A stretch of 64,000 bases of DNA, from positions 480,001 through 544,000 of the forward strand of contig JBFWNS010000001.1 of the NCBI GenBank assembly GCA_050250935.1, read 5' to 3'. The translations under genes and the position numbers were made by a program. Of this stretch, positions 10,156 to 20,136 are shown piece after piece; the stretch's first letter is position 1, and every line of letters starts with the position of its first letter. A model generated the notes under the pieces. It did not search any database. It saw only the letters and a program-made list of their open reading frames with translations, and was not told where the DNA came from. Source of the DNA: Candidatus Margulisiibacteriota bacterium (lineage in GTDB: Bacteria > Margulisbacteria > Marinamargulisbacteria > JBFWNS01).

Positions 10156-10175
10156 GGTTTAATTTCTCCGATTTC

Positions 10176-11267
10176 ATGACCCCTTTTCCACACATTAAAA
10201 AACTTTGGATTAAGGGGTTTCGGAACATTGGTGAAATTTTATTGGACTTAACAGCCCATCGGCACTGTTTTGTTTATGGGAACAATAACCAAGGCAAAAC
10301 CAATTTTTTAGAAGCCATTTATGTGTTGGCCAACGGGGTTTCTCCAAAAGAAGCACATTTGGACTATTTGGTTGGGTTTGGCAAAGAAGCCGCCTACGTG
10401 GGGGCCGATGTTTCCAATGGCGACCAAGATGAGCGGTTGTATTTGAAATTAACCGCAGACAAAAAAAAGAGCTTGTTTTTGAATCAAAAACCCATTCGGT
10501 CTTTTCAAACTTTGCGATCGCTGTGGAGTGTTCAATATCTGAGTGCTGACGTGATTCAATTGTTTCAAGATCAACCCGATGGTCGCAGACAAGATCTTAA
10601 TCGATTCTGCAGTCTGTATTTTAAAGGGTATCCGTCTGTCTTAAAAAACTTCGAACGGGCCCTTAAACAGCGAAATTCGGCCCTTAAAGCACAAAATAAA
10701 GCTGAAGCTACTCTGTGGAATGAACCCTTTATTACCTATGCTTTGGAAATCATTCGATTTCGGCAAGAGGCCTGTACGGTGTTGGAAGGGATTTTAAAAC
10801 AGTTGATGCTCGAAGGGCAGTTTCCTTTTCAAGTGTTGTCTGTACGCTATTGGACAGCCAATCGGGATTCTTTTTTGGACTATCGACAATGGCTTGTGGA
10901 TAAATTAACCCAAAATATGCACAAAGAACTTCGGGCAGGGTATACGCTTTATGGCCCCCATCGAGACGATTTCGAGATTATGGTGGATGGTCATTCGTTG
11001 TATCATTTTTTTTCTCGGGGTATTAATCGGTCCTTTGCCATTTTGCTTAAGGTTGCCCAGTTGATGGCCCTGCAAAATCAGTATGGCGGATTCCCAATCT
11101 TGTTGTTGGACGATGTTTTTGCAGAGCTAGATCCCAATATGAAAGCTATTATGGTAAATGTGATTCAACACAAAACAGCTGTTTTTTATACCTCTGTAAT
11201 CCCCGAAGATGGTCTTTTTTTTGAAGATGTAAAAGGCTTTGAAATGGTTCAAGGGCAGTTAAATTAA
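10176..11267 (+). CDS. recF: DNA replication/repair protein RecF
   Basis: GFRN, GNNNQGKTNFLEAI, GPHRDD, LLLDDVFAELD. Confidence 0.93.
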   Translation: MTPFPHIKKLWIKGFRNIGEILLDLTAHRHCFVYGNNNQGKTNFLEAIYVLANGVSPKEAHLDYLVGFGKEAAYVGADVSNGDQDERLYLKLTADKKKSLFLNQKPIRSFQTLRSLWSVQYLSADVIQLFQDQPDGRRQDLNRFCSLYFKGYPSVLKNFERALKQRNSALKAQNKAEATLWNEPFITYALEIIRFRQEACTVLEGILKQLMLEGQFPFQVLSVRYWTANRDSFLDYRQWLVDKLTQNMHKELRAGYTLYGPHRDDFEIMVDGHSLYHFFSRGINRSFAILLKVAQLMALQNQYGGFPILLLDDVFAELDPNMKAIMVNVIQHKTAVFYTSVIPEDGLFFEDVKGFEMVQGQLN

Positions 11268-11740
11268 TGGAAAAAATAGGTGGTATTTTTCGGAAGGAAC
11301 GGGGGTTTAAGTCTTTGTTTAAAGACAAAGAAACGGCCTTAATTTTACGAAAAAATTGGCAATTATTGTTGGGAAAGTTGGCCGATCAGGTCCATTTTGG
11401 ATACCTTCGCAATGGGCAATTGGTGGTCTATGTTGAAAACCCGTTGTGGATCAAAGAAATTGACTATTATAAACAAGATCTTCTTTCGAAAATGAATGCT
11501 TTGTTTGATGAAAAGGCCGTTGAAAGTTTAAAAGTTCAAAAAGATAAACTGCGACAAGAACCCCCAGTTTTAAAATCCAAAAAATACCAAACGTTTTTGG
11601 AAAAAATTCAGGAAAGAAAAAAAGAACAAGCCGCTTTGGGTTTTTTCCCTTGTAAAACTTGCAGTGAAATGATGACCCAAGATGGGGTTTGTATTTTTTG
11701 TAAAAATACCCTGGGTTCTGGTGGGGCTAGCCCCATTTAA
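11267..11740 (+). CDS. DciA/DUF721 family protein with C-terminal Cys4 ribbon
   Basis: Follows recF; W..LLG.LA...GQLVVYVENPLW; CKTC...CIFC. Confidence 0.8.
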   Translation: MEKIGGIFRKERGFKSLFKDKETALILRKNWQLLLGKLADQVHFGYLRNGQLVVYVENPLWIKEIDYYKQDLLSKMNALFDEKAVESLKVQKDKLRQEPPVLKSKKYQTFLEKIQERKKEQAALGFFPCKTCSEMMTQDGVCIFCKNTLGSGGASPI

Positions 11741-11793
11741 AATTTCGAAAAATTGAGCTATTGTAAGGGCCGCATAATTTTGAAGGAGATACC

Positions 11794-11886
11794 ATGGGAA
11801 GTCTAATTAAAAAACGCCGCAAAAAAATGAGAAAGCATAAATACAAAAAGTACGGCAAAAAAATGAAGGCCAACAAACGCAAATAG
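11794..11886 (+). CDS. Small basic ribosomal protein, bS22/mS38 (AURKAIP1/COX24-like)
   Basis: MGSLIKKRRKKMRKHKYKKYGKKMKANKRK (30 aa), AAGGAG RBS; resembles the actinobacterial bS22 start MGSVIKKRRKRM. Confidence 0.85.
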   Translation: MGSLIKKRRKKMRKHKYKKYGKKMKANKRK

Positions 11887-11890
11887 CGCG

Positions 11891-12544
11891 TTAGTCTTGT
11901 AGCTTTCCGTCCAACAAGTGAAGGGTTCTTTTGGCTTGTTGGGCGAAGTAGCGATCGTGGGTTACCATCACAATCGTGGTGTTTAGGGTTTGATTAATTT
12001 CTTTAAAAATGGCCATGACACTGTCGCCGTTGGCCGAATCCAAATTACCCGTGGGTTCATCGGCGAAGACATACTTGGGTTTCATAATCAGGGCTCTGGC
12101 GATGGCCACCCGTTGTTGTTCGCCACCAGACAGTTGGCTGGGAAGACGGTCTATTTTGTGTTTTAAATCAAACGAGGCCAATAAGGCTTTGGCTTCTTCT
12201 GTTTTTTGTAAATAAAGTCCCCGTTTTCGGGTGGGCATTAATACATTTTCCAAAGCGGTTAGTTCGGGTAGCAGATAGTGAAACTGAAACACATAGCCCA
12301 TGTGGGTGTTTCTGAACGCATGGATGTCGGATTGGCTCATGGATTCTGTTTTTTTACCCTCGATTTCGAGGCTACCAGAGCTGGGTTCATCCAAGGTGCT
12401 TAAGACATAAAGCAGGGTGCTTTTTCCCGATCCCGATCGTCCAGTTAAAGAAATAAAATCCCCTTCCCGAACCTCTAGCGAAATATCGTGAAGGATGGTG
12501 TTATTTTCAAAGGTTTTAACAATGTTTTTTGCGATAATGCCCAT
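11891..12544 (-). CDS. ABC transporter ATP-binding protein (LolD/MacB-like)
   Basis: [33 protein letters not shown]. Confidence 0.95.
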   Translation of the reverse strand: MGIIAKNIVKTFENNTILHDISLEVREGDFISLTGRSGSGKSTLLYVLSTLDEPSSGSLEIEGKKTESMSQSDIHAFRNTHMGYVFQFHYLLPELTALENVLMPTRKRGLYLQKTEEAKALLASFDLKHKIDRLPSQLSGGEQQRVAIARALIMKPKYVFADEPTGNLDSANGDSVMAIFKEINQTLNTTIVMVTHDRYFAQQAKRTLHLLDGKLQD

Positions 12545-13789
12545 TTAGGTTTCCGATCTGATAATGTCGATGGGGGTAAGGGTACTGGCCAATCGGGCAG
12601 GAAAAATGCTGGCTAAAGCCGAGGCGAAAAACGAAAATAAGAAGCCAAAGATGTAGATTTTACTCTCGAACGAAACCAACATATGCCCAGTACCGCTTCC
12701 CAAAGGACCCCCAACAAAAGGTAGGGTTTCCAAATAGAGCGAGGCTAAAAATCCAATAAAAAGTCCGATTAAACCACCCCAAAATCCCAAAATAACCCCT
12801 TGGATCAAAAACAGTTTTAAAATATCGTTTTTTTCAAATCCCATAGACCGTAAAATGGCAATGTCTTTTCGTTTTTGACTGACCACCATGTTTAAAATGT
12901 TGTAGATGCTGAATCCGGCCACAATCAGAATCGAAAGGGTCATTAAAAATCGGATGGCGTCTTGGATTTTAAAGACAGCAAGTAGGCTTTCGTTGAGTTG
13001 ATCCCAACTTTGGACTTTTTCTTCGGTGGTTTGAGACCAATGGGTTGCCACAGCGGCTGCTTGGGTTGGGTCTTTGATGCTGACGGCGATTTCATTGACT
13101 TGGCTGGGGGTGTGGTTGATTTTTTGAACGTCTGCCAAGGATCCAAATACAGTACCTTCGTCCAGGGGTTTAATCCCCACTTTAAACGTACAAACAACCC
13201 GAACAGGGGTGGGTTTACTTCGGCCATTGGAAACCAACACGGTATCTCCCATATGGGCCCCGATTTTTTTAAGCAAGTCGTCTCCTACGGCGATGCCACT
13301 GTTGCCAATGGAGTGGAAAGTCCCTTGGGTGACATAGCGACCAATGGTGGTGACTTTTTCGTGTTGACGGGGATGGGTCCCCAAAAGCTTGGCTGTGGTG
13401 CTGGATTGCCCTTTGCTGATTATAATTTGGGCGGATAGTTGTGGGGTATAAGCCACAACAGTCGGGTCTTGGTCGAGACGGTGATACCACCCCGCTGGGT
13501 GTTCGATTCTGGCGTTGTCTTTTCGACCCGAAGGAATAGAAATCCAAAAGACATGGGAGGCGGTTGGAAATAGGGTTCTATCCAGGGCGTGTTCTTCTAA
13601 AAAACTTTCTTTGGCCGAAATGCGAATGTGAGCGTCGTTGTTAATCAGTTGATCCAAAAAATAGGCGCGAAATCCCAACATGAACCCCGAAATCACTACA
13701 TACGCTGTGGTTCCCAAGGTAATGCCCAGTAAGGTTAAAAAAGTTTGTTTTTTTCGGGAAAAAAGATGTTTTAAAGCCAGAAAAAACAT
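12545..13789 (-). CDS. ABC transporter permease (LolC/E-MacB/FtsX-like)
   Basis: One TM, periplasmic domain, three TM; KDIAILRSMG. Confidence 0.9.
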   Translation of the reverse strand: MFFLALKHLFSRKKQTFLTLLGITLGTTAYVVISGFMLGFRAYFLDQLINNDAHIRISAKESFLEEHALDRTLFPTASHVFWISIPSGRKDNARIEHPAGWYHRLDQDPTVVAYTPQLSAQIIISKGQSSTTAKLLGTHPRQHEKVTTIGRYVTQGTFHSIGNSGIAVGDDLLKKIGAHMGDTVLVSNGRSKPTPVRVVCTFKVGIKPLDEGTVFGSLADVQKINHTPSQVNEIAVSIKDPTQAAAVATHWSQTTEEKVQSWDQLNESLLAVFKIQDAIRFLMTLSILIVAGFSIYNILNMVVSQKRKDIAILRSMGFEKNDILKLFLIQGVILGFWGGLIGLFIGFLASLYLETLPFVGGPLGSGTGHMLVSFESKIYIFGFLFSFFASALASIFPARLASTLTPIDIIRSET

Positions 13790-14562
13790 CAGTTGGGTAA
13801 AATAATCTGATCACCTTCGTGTAGCTGATCAGATTGAACGGCAGCTTGTTCGCTATCCACAACCCCAAGGGTGACAGGAATGGTTTCTTTTTTGCCCTTA
13901 TAAAGTCGAAGGACGGCGCCATTTTGAATGGCAGAAATAGGGACCAAAAGTACGTTGGTGTGATGCTTAATTTCGATGCCGACATCGGCTGTCATGTCCG
14001 GCAAAATGGATTGGGGTAAATCTTGGACTTGAATGTGAACCAAAAATTGCCCTTCGCTGGAAAATAAATGGGTTACTTTTCCCTTAAAAACTGTTTTTGG
14101 AAGGCTTTCGAATTGAATACGAACGGGTTGGCCTGGTCGAACATGGACCATGCCTTGCTGTTCCAGAGCCACCCGTAAATAGCGGCTTTTAAGGTTGGTT
14201 AAGGTTAAAATGGGGTTTTGAGCAAAAACCGTTTCGCCTTCTTTGTAAGATAGTTTTGTAACGGTTCCCGAAAAAGGAGCCTTTAAAACTGCGCCGCCAT
14301 CCAGTTTAAGCAGGGGTTTTCCTTTTTGAATAAAATCGCCTTCTTTGACAAAGACCTTGGCCAATGCGCTGGTAATGCCAACTTTAGCTTCAAATGTTTG
14401 GTCCGAGACGACGGTTCCAATGCCATAAACGGCCTCGGTAATGGATCCTTTTTTAAGGGCAATCGTGTGAACTTGGGTCGTTTTTTTAAACTGGGTCCAA
14501 CCGATGATACCCCCAACCAAACAAAGGCCAACCAAAAGGGCTACTACAGAACGAAGGCTCAT
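13789..14562 (-). CDS. Efflux periplasmic adaptor (MacA-like membrane fusion protein)
   Basis: N-terminal anchor, VKEGDFIQKGKPL, LKAPFSGTV, VPISAI. Confidence 0.85.
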   Translation of the reverse strand: MSLRSVVALLVGLCLVGGIIGWTQFKKTTQVHTIALKKGSITEAVYGIGTVVSDQTFEAKVGITSALAKVFVKEGDFIQKGKPLLKLDGGAVLKAPFSGTVTKLSYKEGETVFAQNPILTLTNLKSRYLRVALEQQGMVHVRPGQPVRIQFESLPKTVFKGKVTHLFSSEGQFLVHIQVQDLPQSILPDMTADVGIEIKHHTNVLLVPISAIQNGAVLRLYKGKKETIPVTLGVVDSEQAAVQSDQLHEGDQIILPN

Positions 14563-15221
14563 GGTTTTTGCTCCACAACAAAAAGGTGTTCGGCCGAAAA
14601 GTGGCTTAGACTAATCACTTTGTGGTCTAAGTTTATCACAATAGAATGGTCGAATCGGTGGGTGTGCTGAACTTTTAAGCGTGTGCCAAGGCCAATGCCC
14701 AAGTCTTGGATATAGGCTAAAAATTCTTCGTCAAAATCGCTAACACGGACCACTTCGACTTCCATGCCCTCTGTGCAGCTGGATAAAGGAAGCGCCGGTT
14801 TGGATTTGGGTATAGACCCGTCTTTGGCAGGAATGGGGTCGCCATGGGGATCGAATTCTGGAAATCCCAAGGCTTCTTCGAGGGCATTGATTAAGGCGTC
14901 GGAGGAGGCATGTTCGAGCATTTCTGCTTCTTCGTGAACCTTGTCCCAAGCAAAGCCCAATTTTTCGTGAAGGTATTGTTCCCAGAGTCTATGGCGTCGA
15001 ACCATGTTTTGCCCTTGGGCTAGGCCAGCGTCTGTTAGCGAAATACCTTGATAGGGAACATATAGAATCAAGCCTTGGTCTGATAGTTTTTTAAGCATCT
15101 CTGAAACCGCAGCTGCAGAGACATTAAATTTTTTCGAAAGAGAGGCTGGCTTGATGTAAGTTTCCCCTGCTTGTTGGCGAACAAACAGATACTTGAGGTA
15201 GTTTTCCGAAACTTCTTTCAT
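14559..15221 (-). CDS. DtxR/MntR-family metal-dependent transcriptional regulator
   Basis: ENYLK, RRHRLWE, HEEAEMLEH, DPHGDPIP, C-terminal FeoA/SH3-like domain. Confidence 0.93.
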   Translation of the reverse strand: MKEVSENYLKYLFVRQQAGETYIKPASLSKKFNVSAAAVSEMLKKLSDQGLILYVPYQGISLTDAGLAQGQNMVRRHRLWEQYLHEKLGFAWDKVHEEAEMLEHASSDALINALEEALGFPEFDPHGDPIPAKDGSIPKSKPALPLSSCTEGMEVEVVRVSDFDEEFLAYIQDLGIGLGTRLKVQHTHRFDHSIVINLDHKVISLSHFSAEHLFVVEQKP

Positions 15222-15456
15222 GGTAATTGTTACAATACTTAAAAAAAGGGCTAAAGACCATGAGAAAAAATTGAGCTGGTCAGTTCAAAAACTTCTTGTT
15301 AGAATGCGCAGCAATTCACATTATGGTTATATGGCCGTAAGATCTTCTTAACAGGGAGGTGGTTTTCAGCCGATTGTTGTTTGGATCTTCCAATTAAATT
15401 AATTCAGCCTGTACCCTTGGCAATTTTCCTTGGGGAACATGAAAGGTTTTAAAAAA

Positions 15457-15927
15457 ATGAAAAAGTCATTATTAACAGTTCTAGCCGCTTTGATCGCATT
15501 TTCTGGTTCAGTTTTCGCCGCTCCTTTGTTGCCAGCAACCAACTTGGCTGTAGGCTTCGCTGGCGCCACTGGTGCTAACACCCGCGTTTACTGGAACTTC
15601 GGTTCTTGGGATCTAATCACTGGTGTTGATGCTCAAGTTGCTAACAACGGTGAATCTGACTACGCTTTGAAACTTGGTGTTAACCCAGATCTTCCTTTGG
15701 TTGGTAAATATGAGTACGCTTTGAAAATTGCTCGTACCAGCTCAACTTCTTCTATGATCGATTTCAAAGACTTCACCATCGTGAAAAACTTTGAGCAAAA
15801 ATTGACTGACAAAATCAACGTTGGTGTTGCAGTTCAAGTGGTTCGCGTAGGGTTGACTTCTGCTGACAGAAAAATCGATTTGTTCAACTCTATTTACCCT
15901 TACATCTCAACAACTGTTCAATTCTAA
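15457..15927 (+). CDS. Secreted, probable small outer-membrane beta-barrel protein
   Basis: Signal peptide MKKSLLTVLAALIAFSGSVFA, alternating beta-strand pattern, C-terminal YISTTVQF; strongly biased codons. Confidence 0.7.
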   Translation: MKKSLLTVLAALIAFSGSVFAAPLLPATNLAVGFAGATGANTRVYWNFGSWDLITGVDAQVANNGESDYALKLGVNPDLPLVGKYEYALKIARTSSTSSMIDFKDFTIVKNFEQKLTDKINVGVAVQVVRVGLTSADRKIDLFNSIYPYISTTVQF

Positions 15928-15963
15928 TTTTTACTTAAAAACTTTAGAAACAGTTTGATGCTT

Positions 15964-15993
15964 AAAAGCCAGGGATTTTTCCCTGGCTTTTTT
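15964..15993 (+). terminator. Rho-independent terminator
   Basis: aaaagccaggga-tttt-tccctggctttt followed by a T tract. Confidence 0.85.
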
Positions 15994-16034
15994 GTTTTAT
16001 AGTCCCAATGGTTTTTTTTGCGGGGGGACACGAT

Positions 16035-16127
16035 AGCCCCAAAGGGATAGCCTTTTTGGGTTTTTGCCAGATGCCTACACAAATGCCCCCAGTTGCAAAA
16101 ACCCAAAAAGGCTATCCCTTTGGGGCT
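16035..16127. repeat. Perfect 33-bp inverted repeat with 27-nt spacer (MITE-like hairpin)
   Basis: agccccaaagggatagcctttttgggtttttgc (16035-16067) and its exact reverse complement (16095-16127). Confidence 0.85.
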
Positions 16128-16148
16128 GGGGCAAGACAGAAATGGGGA

Positions 16149-16646
16149 TTATTTTTCTAGGATGCAGAAGCGGTAGTGAAACCCGTTTTCGAGTTGCCAG
16201 TCTGTGGCGGAGATGGGTCTAAAATGGGGACCGGGATCTGGGAAAAAGGCGTCGCAGTTTACGGTTTCTTGAAGTTCTGTAATGTAGAGCCGGGTGCAGT
16301 GTGGGTGGCGAATCATTTCGTGGTACAGGGCGCTGCCGCCGATGACAAAAATGTGGTCGATGTCGGCTTCGTTGGCCCGGGCAAGGGCTTGATCGAGGCT
16401 GAAAAAACCAGCTTGTTTGGACCGACTTACAACCAAATTGAGGCGGTCGGGCAGGGGGCGAAATTTTTCGGGCAAAGACTCCCAGGTTTTTCGGCCCATG
16501 ATCACGGCATTTTGTTTGCCGGCAGCAGCAGTGGTTGTCAGGTGTTTAAAATAGGCCATATCGGCTTTTAAACGCCAAGGGAGGGTGTTCTGAATGCCAA
16601 TGCCTCGCTTGGCGTCGTGGGCTACGACGATGCTGAAAGGCTTCAT
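16149..16646 (-). CDS. folA: Dihydrofolate reductase
   Basis: [40 protein letters not shown]. Confidence 0.95.
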   Translation of the reverse strand: MKPFSIVVAHDAKRGIGIQNTLPWRLKADMAYFKHLTTTAAAGKQNAVIMGRKTWESLPEKFRPLPDRLNLVVSRSKQAGFFSLDQALARANEADIDHIFVIGGSALYHEMIRHPHCTRLYITELQETVNCDAFFPDPGPHFRPISATDWQLENGFHYRFCILEK

Positions 16647-17452
16647 ACGGCTACAGGAAAACGAATGAAGGGGTCGGGGTCATAGCCTTCGATTACGATG
16701 TCTTCGGCTTTAAGGTTCCAAAACGGCTTTTGGGCCAAGACCAAGGTGGGTAGGGGTTTTGGGGTTCGGGTGAGTTGTTCTTTAACCCCATCCAGATGGT
16801 TTAAATACAAATGGGCATCGCCAAAGGTGTGGATAAAAAAGCCCGGTTTTAGCCCACATTCCTGGGCGACCATGTGGGTTAGAAGGGCATAGCTGGCAAT
16901 GTTAAAGGGAACACCCACCGCAATATCGGCCGACCGTTGATACAACTGGCAGTCCAATCGGCCATTGCAAACATAAAATTGGAAAAAAGTGTGGCAGGGG
17001 GGGAGGGCCATTTTCTCGATATCGGCGACGTTCCAAGCCGAAACCAGAAGGCGGCGAGAATCGGGGTTTTTTTGGATCATGTCGATCACTTGTGCCAATT
17101 GGTCGATGCGGGTTTTGTGATAGGCCTTAGTTTCGGGGTCGAGAGTGAATTTTTCCCAGTGGCGCCATTGATAGCCATAGATGGGGCCAAGGTTTCCGTT
17201 CGGGTCGGCCCAGGCATCCCAAATGCCGCAATCCAGACCGTCGTTAATGTTTGTTGCGCCGCGAATAAACCACAACAATTCTTTGACGACGCTTGAGAAA
17301 AACACTTTTTTGGTGGTGAGTAAGGGAAAGCCCTCTTGCAAATTGACCCGTAATTGATAGCCAAATACCGACAAGGTTCCAGTGCCGGTTCTGTCGTGTT
17401 TGGTTTCGCCGTGGTCGAGGACGTGTTGAACAAGGTCTAGATAGGCTTTCAT
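16643..17452 (-). CDS. thyA: Thymidylate synthase
   Basis: [41 protein letters not shown] at 17452. Confidence 0.96.
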   Translation of the reverse strand: MKAYLDLVQHVLDHGETKHDRTGTGTLSVFGYQLRVNLQEGFPLLTTKKVFFSSVVKELLWFIRGATNINDGLDCGIWDAWADPNGNLGPIYGYQWRHWEKFTLDPETKAYHKTRIDQLAQVIDMIQKNPDSRRLLVSAWNVADIEKMALPPCHTFFQFYVCNGRLDCQLYQRSADIAVGVPFNIASYALLTHMVAQECGLKPGFFIHTFGDAHLYLNHLDGVKEQLTRTPKPLPTLVLAQKPFWNLKAEDIVIEGYDPDPFIRFPVAV

Positions 17453-17522
17453 GGTGTTCCTTGCAAGAAAATAAAGGTTTTTATCGATTAAAAGAAGTGT
17501 GTCATAATGATAGGACTTTTTT

Positions 17523-18455
17523 ATGAGAAAACCAAACCTTTTTCGAGCCATTCTTCAAACGGTTTTTCAGGTTCAAATTTTAGGGCTTCTGGTCTTGGTT
17601 TTGACCAGCTTTTTGTTTGCTGTGGAAGGGTTTGATGGGGACAACCTGGTGCTGAGCAACGGGGTAGGTTGGCGTGAAAGTTTGGTTAGTGCGACCTATT
17701 ATACTCGCCCCATGAGCGGCATTAAAATTCAGTTGCAAGATGGGACTCTATTGGATGGGGTTTTTACCGAGGCTGATTTACCATCGGCAACCCTTGCAAA
17801 TAGCCCGTATTTGGATCAGCAATTAACGGGGAGTGTTCATATTTTTTCAATTCCTACAGCCAACATTGATTCGATAGATAACGATAATGGTAATTTGGCA
17901 GGCTGGATTCCCTGCGATGGCCGTTCTTTGAGCCGAACAACGTTTGCGCGGCTTTATGAGCGTATTGGAACAACCTGGGGAGCTGTTGACGGGACCCATT
18001 TTAGCGTCCCGGATTTACGCGGATATTTTCTAAGGGGGTTGGATGCGATGGGGACACAAGGTGCTGCATCACGAGATACTGGCCGAACCATGTCTGCAAC
18101 CGTGCAAGCGTCTGCAACTGGGTATCCGGTTACCCCTATGAGCTTAAACTTGTCGTCTGTGGCGGGCCACATCCACTCGTATTGGGATTTTTTTTGGATT
18201 ACGCGCTCAGGCGCTGATGTTACCGTAGGAAACAGCTATGGGGTTTCCTATGCTGGGGAGCAAAATTTGGGAGAGAATTTTCATTTGAGTTATGACGCCA
18301 ATTTGCCTTGGTTTGATACCGATGATTATTTGTATCAGGCATGGCGGACAACGGGTTCTGATAGTCATACACACACCGTAACGTTGAGTAGTACCCATTT
18401 TGATTCGGAAACCCGACCGATTAACAAGGCATTTTTTTTCTTTATTAAGGATTAA
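17523..18455 (+). CDS. Secreted phage tail-collar-domain (tail-fibre-like) protein 1
   Basis: Hydrophobic N-terminus; [38 protein letters not shown]; two HxH motifs; ETRPINKA. Confidence 0.85.
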   Translation: MRKPNLFRAILQTVFQVQILGLLVLVLTSFLFAVEGFDGDNLVLSNGVGWRESLVSATYYTRPMSGIKIQLQDGTLLDGVFTEADLPSATLANSPYLDQQLTGSVHIFSIPTANIDSIDNDNGNLAGWIPCDGRSLSRTTFARLYERIGTTWGAVDGTHFSVPDLRGYFLRGLDAMGTQGAASRDTGRTMSATVQASATGYPVTPMSLNLSSVAGHIHSYWDFFWITRSGADVTVGNSYGVSYAGEQNLGENFHLSYDANLPWFDTDDYLYQAWRTTGSDSHTHTVTLSSTHFDSETRPINKAFFFFIKD

Positions 18456-18458
18456 TCA

Positions 18459-19343
18459 ATGAAACTAAAATGGGTTGGATATGGGTTGGTTGCTTTGATT
18501 TTTCTGGGCATTAGAGCACAGTCGCCTTTATACGCTGCCGCTTATGTGAATCAAAGTGAGATTAAATTTAGAAATGGGAGTGGTTGGACGGTGGTGTCGG
18601 CCAATAGCCAAACCGTGCTTAAAGCAAAGTCTAAATTAATGTTGGATAATGGCCTTGTTGTGGATGATGCGGTTATTGAAGAGATTTCTCTTTTGGGGAC
18701 CATTCAGTCTTTTGCCTGTTCGGATAGTCAAGTTCCGGCCGGATGGTTGCCGTGTGATGGACGAGCAGTCAGTCGTGCAACATATGGCTCTCTTTATGCC
18801 AAAATTGGAACAACTTATGGCAGCGGGGATGGTACTTCAACTTTTAATTTGCCGGATTTGCGGGGTGTTTTTGTGAGGGGAAGGGATAATTTTGCGACGA
18901 GCACTGCGGGGCATGATCCGGGTGGAGATCGGGCTTTGGGGGTTACTCAAAATGGCGCAACCAAATATCCGGCCAGCACGGTTTCAAAAGTTACCGCTAC
19001 GGATACCCATACCCATCAATATCGGGATGCGTGGTTTTCAGAGGCTTATTTTAGCAGTAGCTATGGCGCTGGACCTGGTACCGATCATAGTGGCAGTGCA
19101 CCGAGTTTGGTTCGGAATACGGATTCAACCCTTGATACGGGTCCGGGATTTGGATCTCGGCATGGTGATGATTATGGTTCTCAAAACCGGAATGACCGTA
19201 CGGGTTGGTTTGGTTCGGCTGGGTCCGTTGGAATGAGTACGGTTGGCGCTCATACCCATACCATTGCGTCAAGTTCAGGCGTTACCGGGGATGCTGAGAC
19301 CCGCCCCCTTAATGCGGCGGTGAATTTTTACATTAGGTATTAA
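18459..19343 (+). CDS. Secreted phage tail-collar-domain protein 2
   Basis: Signal peptide; PAGWLPCDGRAVSRATYGSLYAKIGTTYGSGDGTSTFNLPDLRGVFVRG; HTH twice; ETRPLNAA. Confidence 0.88.
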   Translation: MKLKWVGYGLVALIFLGIRAQSPLYAAAYVNQSEIKFRNGSGWTVVSANSQTVLKAKSKLMLDNGLVVDDAVIEEISLLGTIQSFACSDSQVPAGWLPCDGRAVSRATYGSLYAKIGTTYGSGDGTSTFNLPDLRGVFVRGRDNFATSTAGHDPGGDRALGVTQNGATKYPASTVSKVTATDTHTHQYRDAWFSEAYFSSSYGAGPGTDHSGSAPSLVRNTDSTLDTGPGFGSRHGDDYGSQNRNDRTGWFGSAGSVGMSTVGAHTHTIASSSGVTGDAETRPLNAAVNFYIRY

Positions 19344-19344
19344 T

Positions 19345-20136
19345 ATGAACATGTTACAACGGGTTTTGTGTGTTGCGATTGTTTTGATGGTGGGCGCCTT
19401 GTGGGCTCAGCAAACCTATTTATCTAACGATAAAGTGCAGTTTAAAGCAGGTGCTTTTTGGTCAACGTCGGTCGACAATAATACGTATGTCAGGGCTTCG
19501 CATAAAATTCAGCTGGCCAATGGCATTATTGTTGACGATTTGGTGTCTTCGTCGAATTCCAATTTTGATGCGATTATGCTGGGGGCCATTGTTGCTTTTG
19601 CTTGTCCGGAAAATCAAATCCCAACGGGATGGATGGTTTGCGATGGCCGTGCGATCGACCGGGTTCAATATGCAAATTTGTTTACGGCTATTGGGACGAC
19701 ATGGGGCTCAGGTAATGGACACTCCAGTTTTAACATTCCTGATTTACGTGGGCGGTTTGTACGTGGCGCGGACAATATTGGTGGAACAGCAAAAGGAATT
19801 GATTCTGGCCGTGTTTTGGGGACTTATCAATCTTATTCAACCGCTTTGCCCAGTGTTGTGAATGGGGATTTTACCATTTCTAATTCATCGGATGGAACGC
19901 ATAGTCATTCCTTTAATGATTATCGTTGTTCTTACCAGGATGGATCGGATGCGGTTTGGGGCAATAGCCCTATTGATAGTTATCCGTATGATGAAGAGCT
20001 CCAACCGTATTCTAATCCCTTGGTTCGAACATCTTCGGCTAATCCTGCACACTCTCATAGCCTTACCATGGATTCTGGGTGGGATACTGAAACCCGACCC
20101 CTTAATATGGCGTTGGTGTATGCCATTAAATATTAA
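19345..20136 (+). CDS. Secreted phage tail-collar-domain protein 3
   Basis: Signal peptide ending ALWA; PTGWMVCDGRAIDRVQYANLFTAIGTTWG..FNIPDLRGRFVRG; HSH twice; ETRPLNMA. Confidence 0.88.
   Translation: MNMLQRVLCVAIVLMVGALWAQQTYLSNDKVQFKAGAFWSTSVDNNTYVRASHKIQLANGIIVDDLVSSSNSNFDAIMLGAIVAFACPENQIPTGWMVCDGRAIDRVQYANLFTAIGTTWGSGNGHSSFNIPDLRGRFVRGADNIGGTAKGIDSGRVLGTYQSYSTALPSVVNGDFTISNSSDGTHSHSFNDYRCSYQDGSDAVWGNSPIDSYPYDEELQPYSNPLVRTSSANPAHSHSLTMDSGWDTETRPLNMALVYAIKY

Noticed and set aside
15300..15456. Riboswitch in the OMP leader
   Set aside because: Some pairing potential (aagatc/gatctt) but no recognisable aptamer consensus
19862..20119. N-terminal 86 aa of ORF 19862..21316
   Set aside because: Overlaps collar gene 3 out of frame; the real start is probably ATG 20120
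17523..20136. Prophage or contractile injection system
   Set aside because: No integrase, terminase, capsid, sheath, tube or baseplate genes; the proteins have signal peptides and the flanks are housekeeping genes
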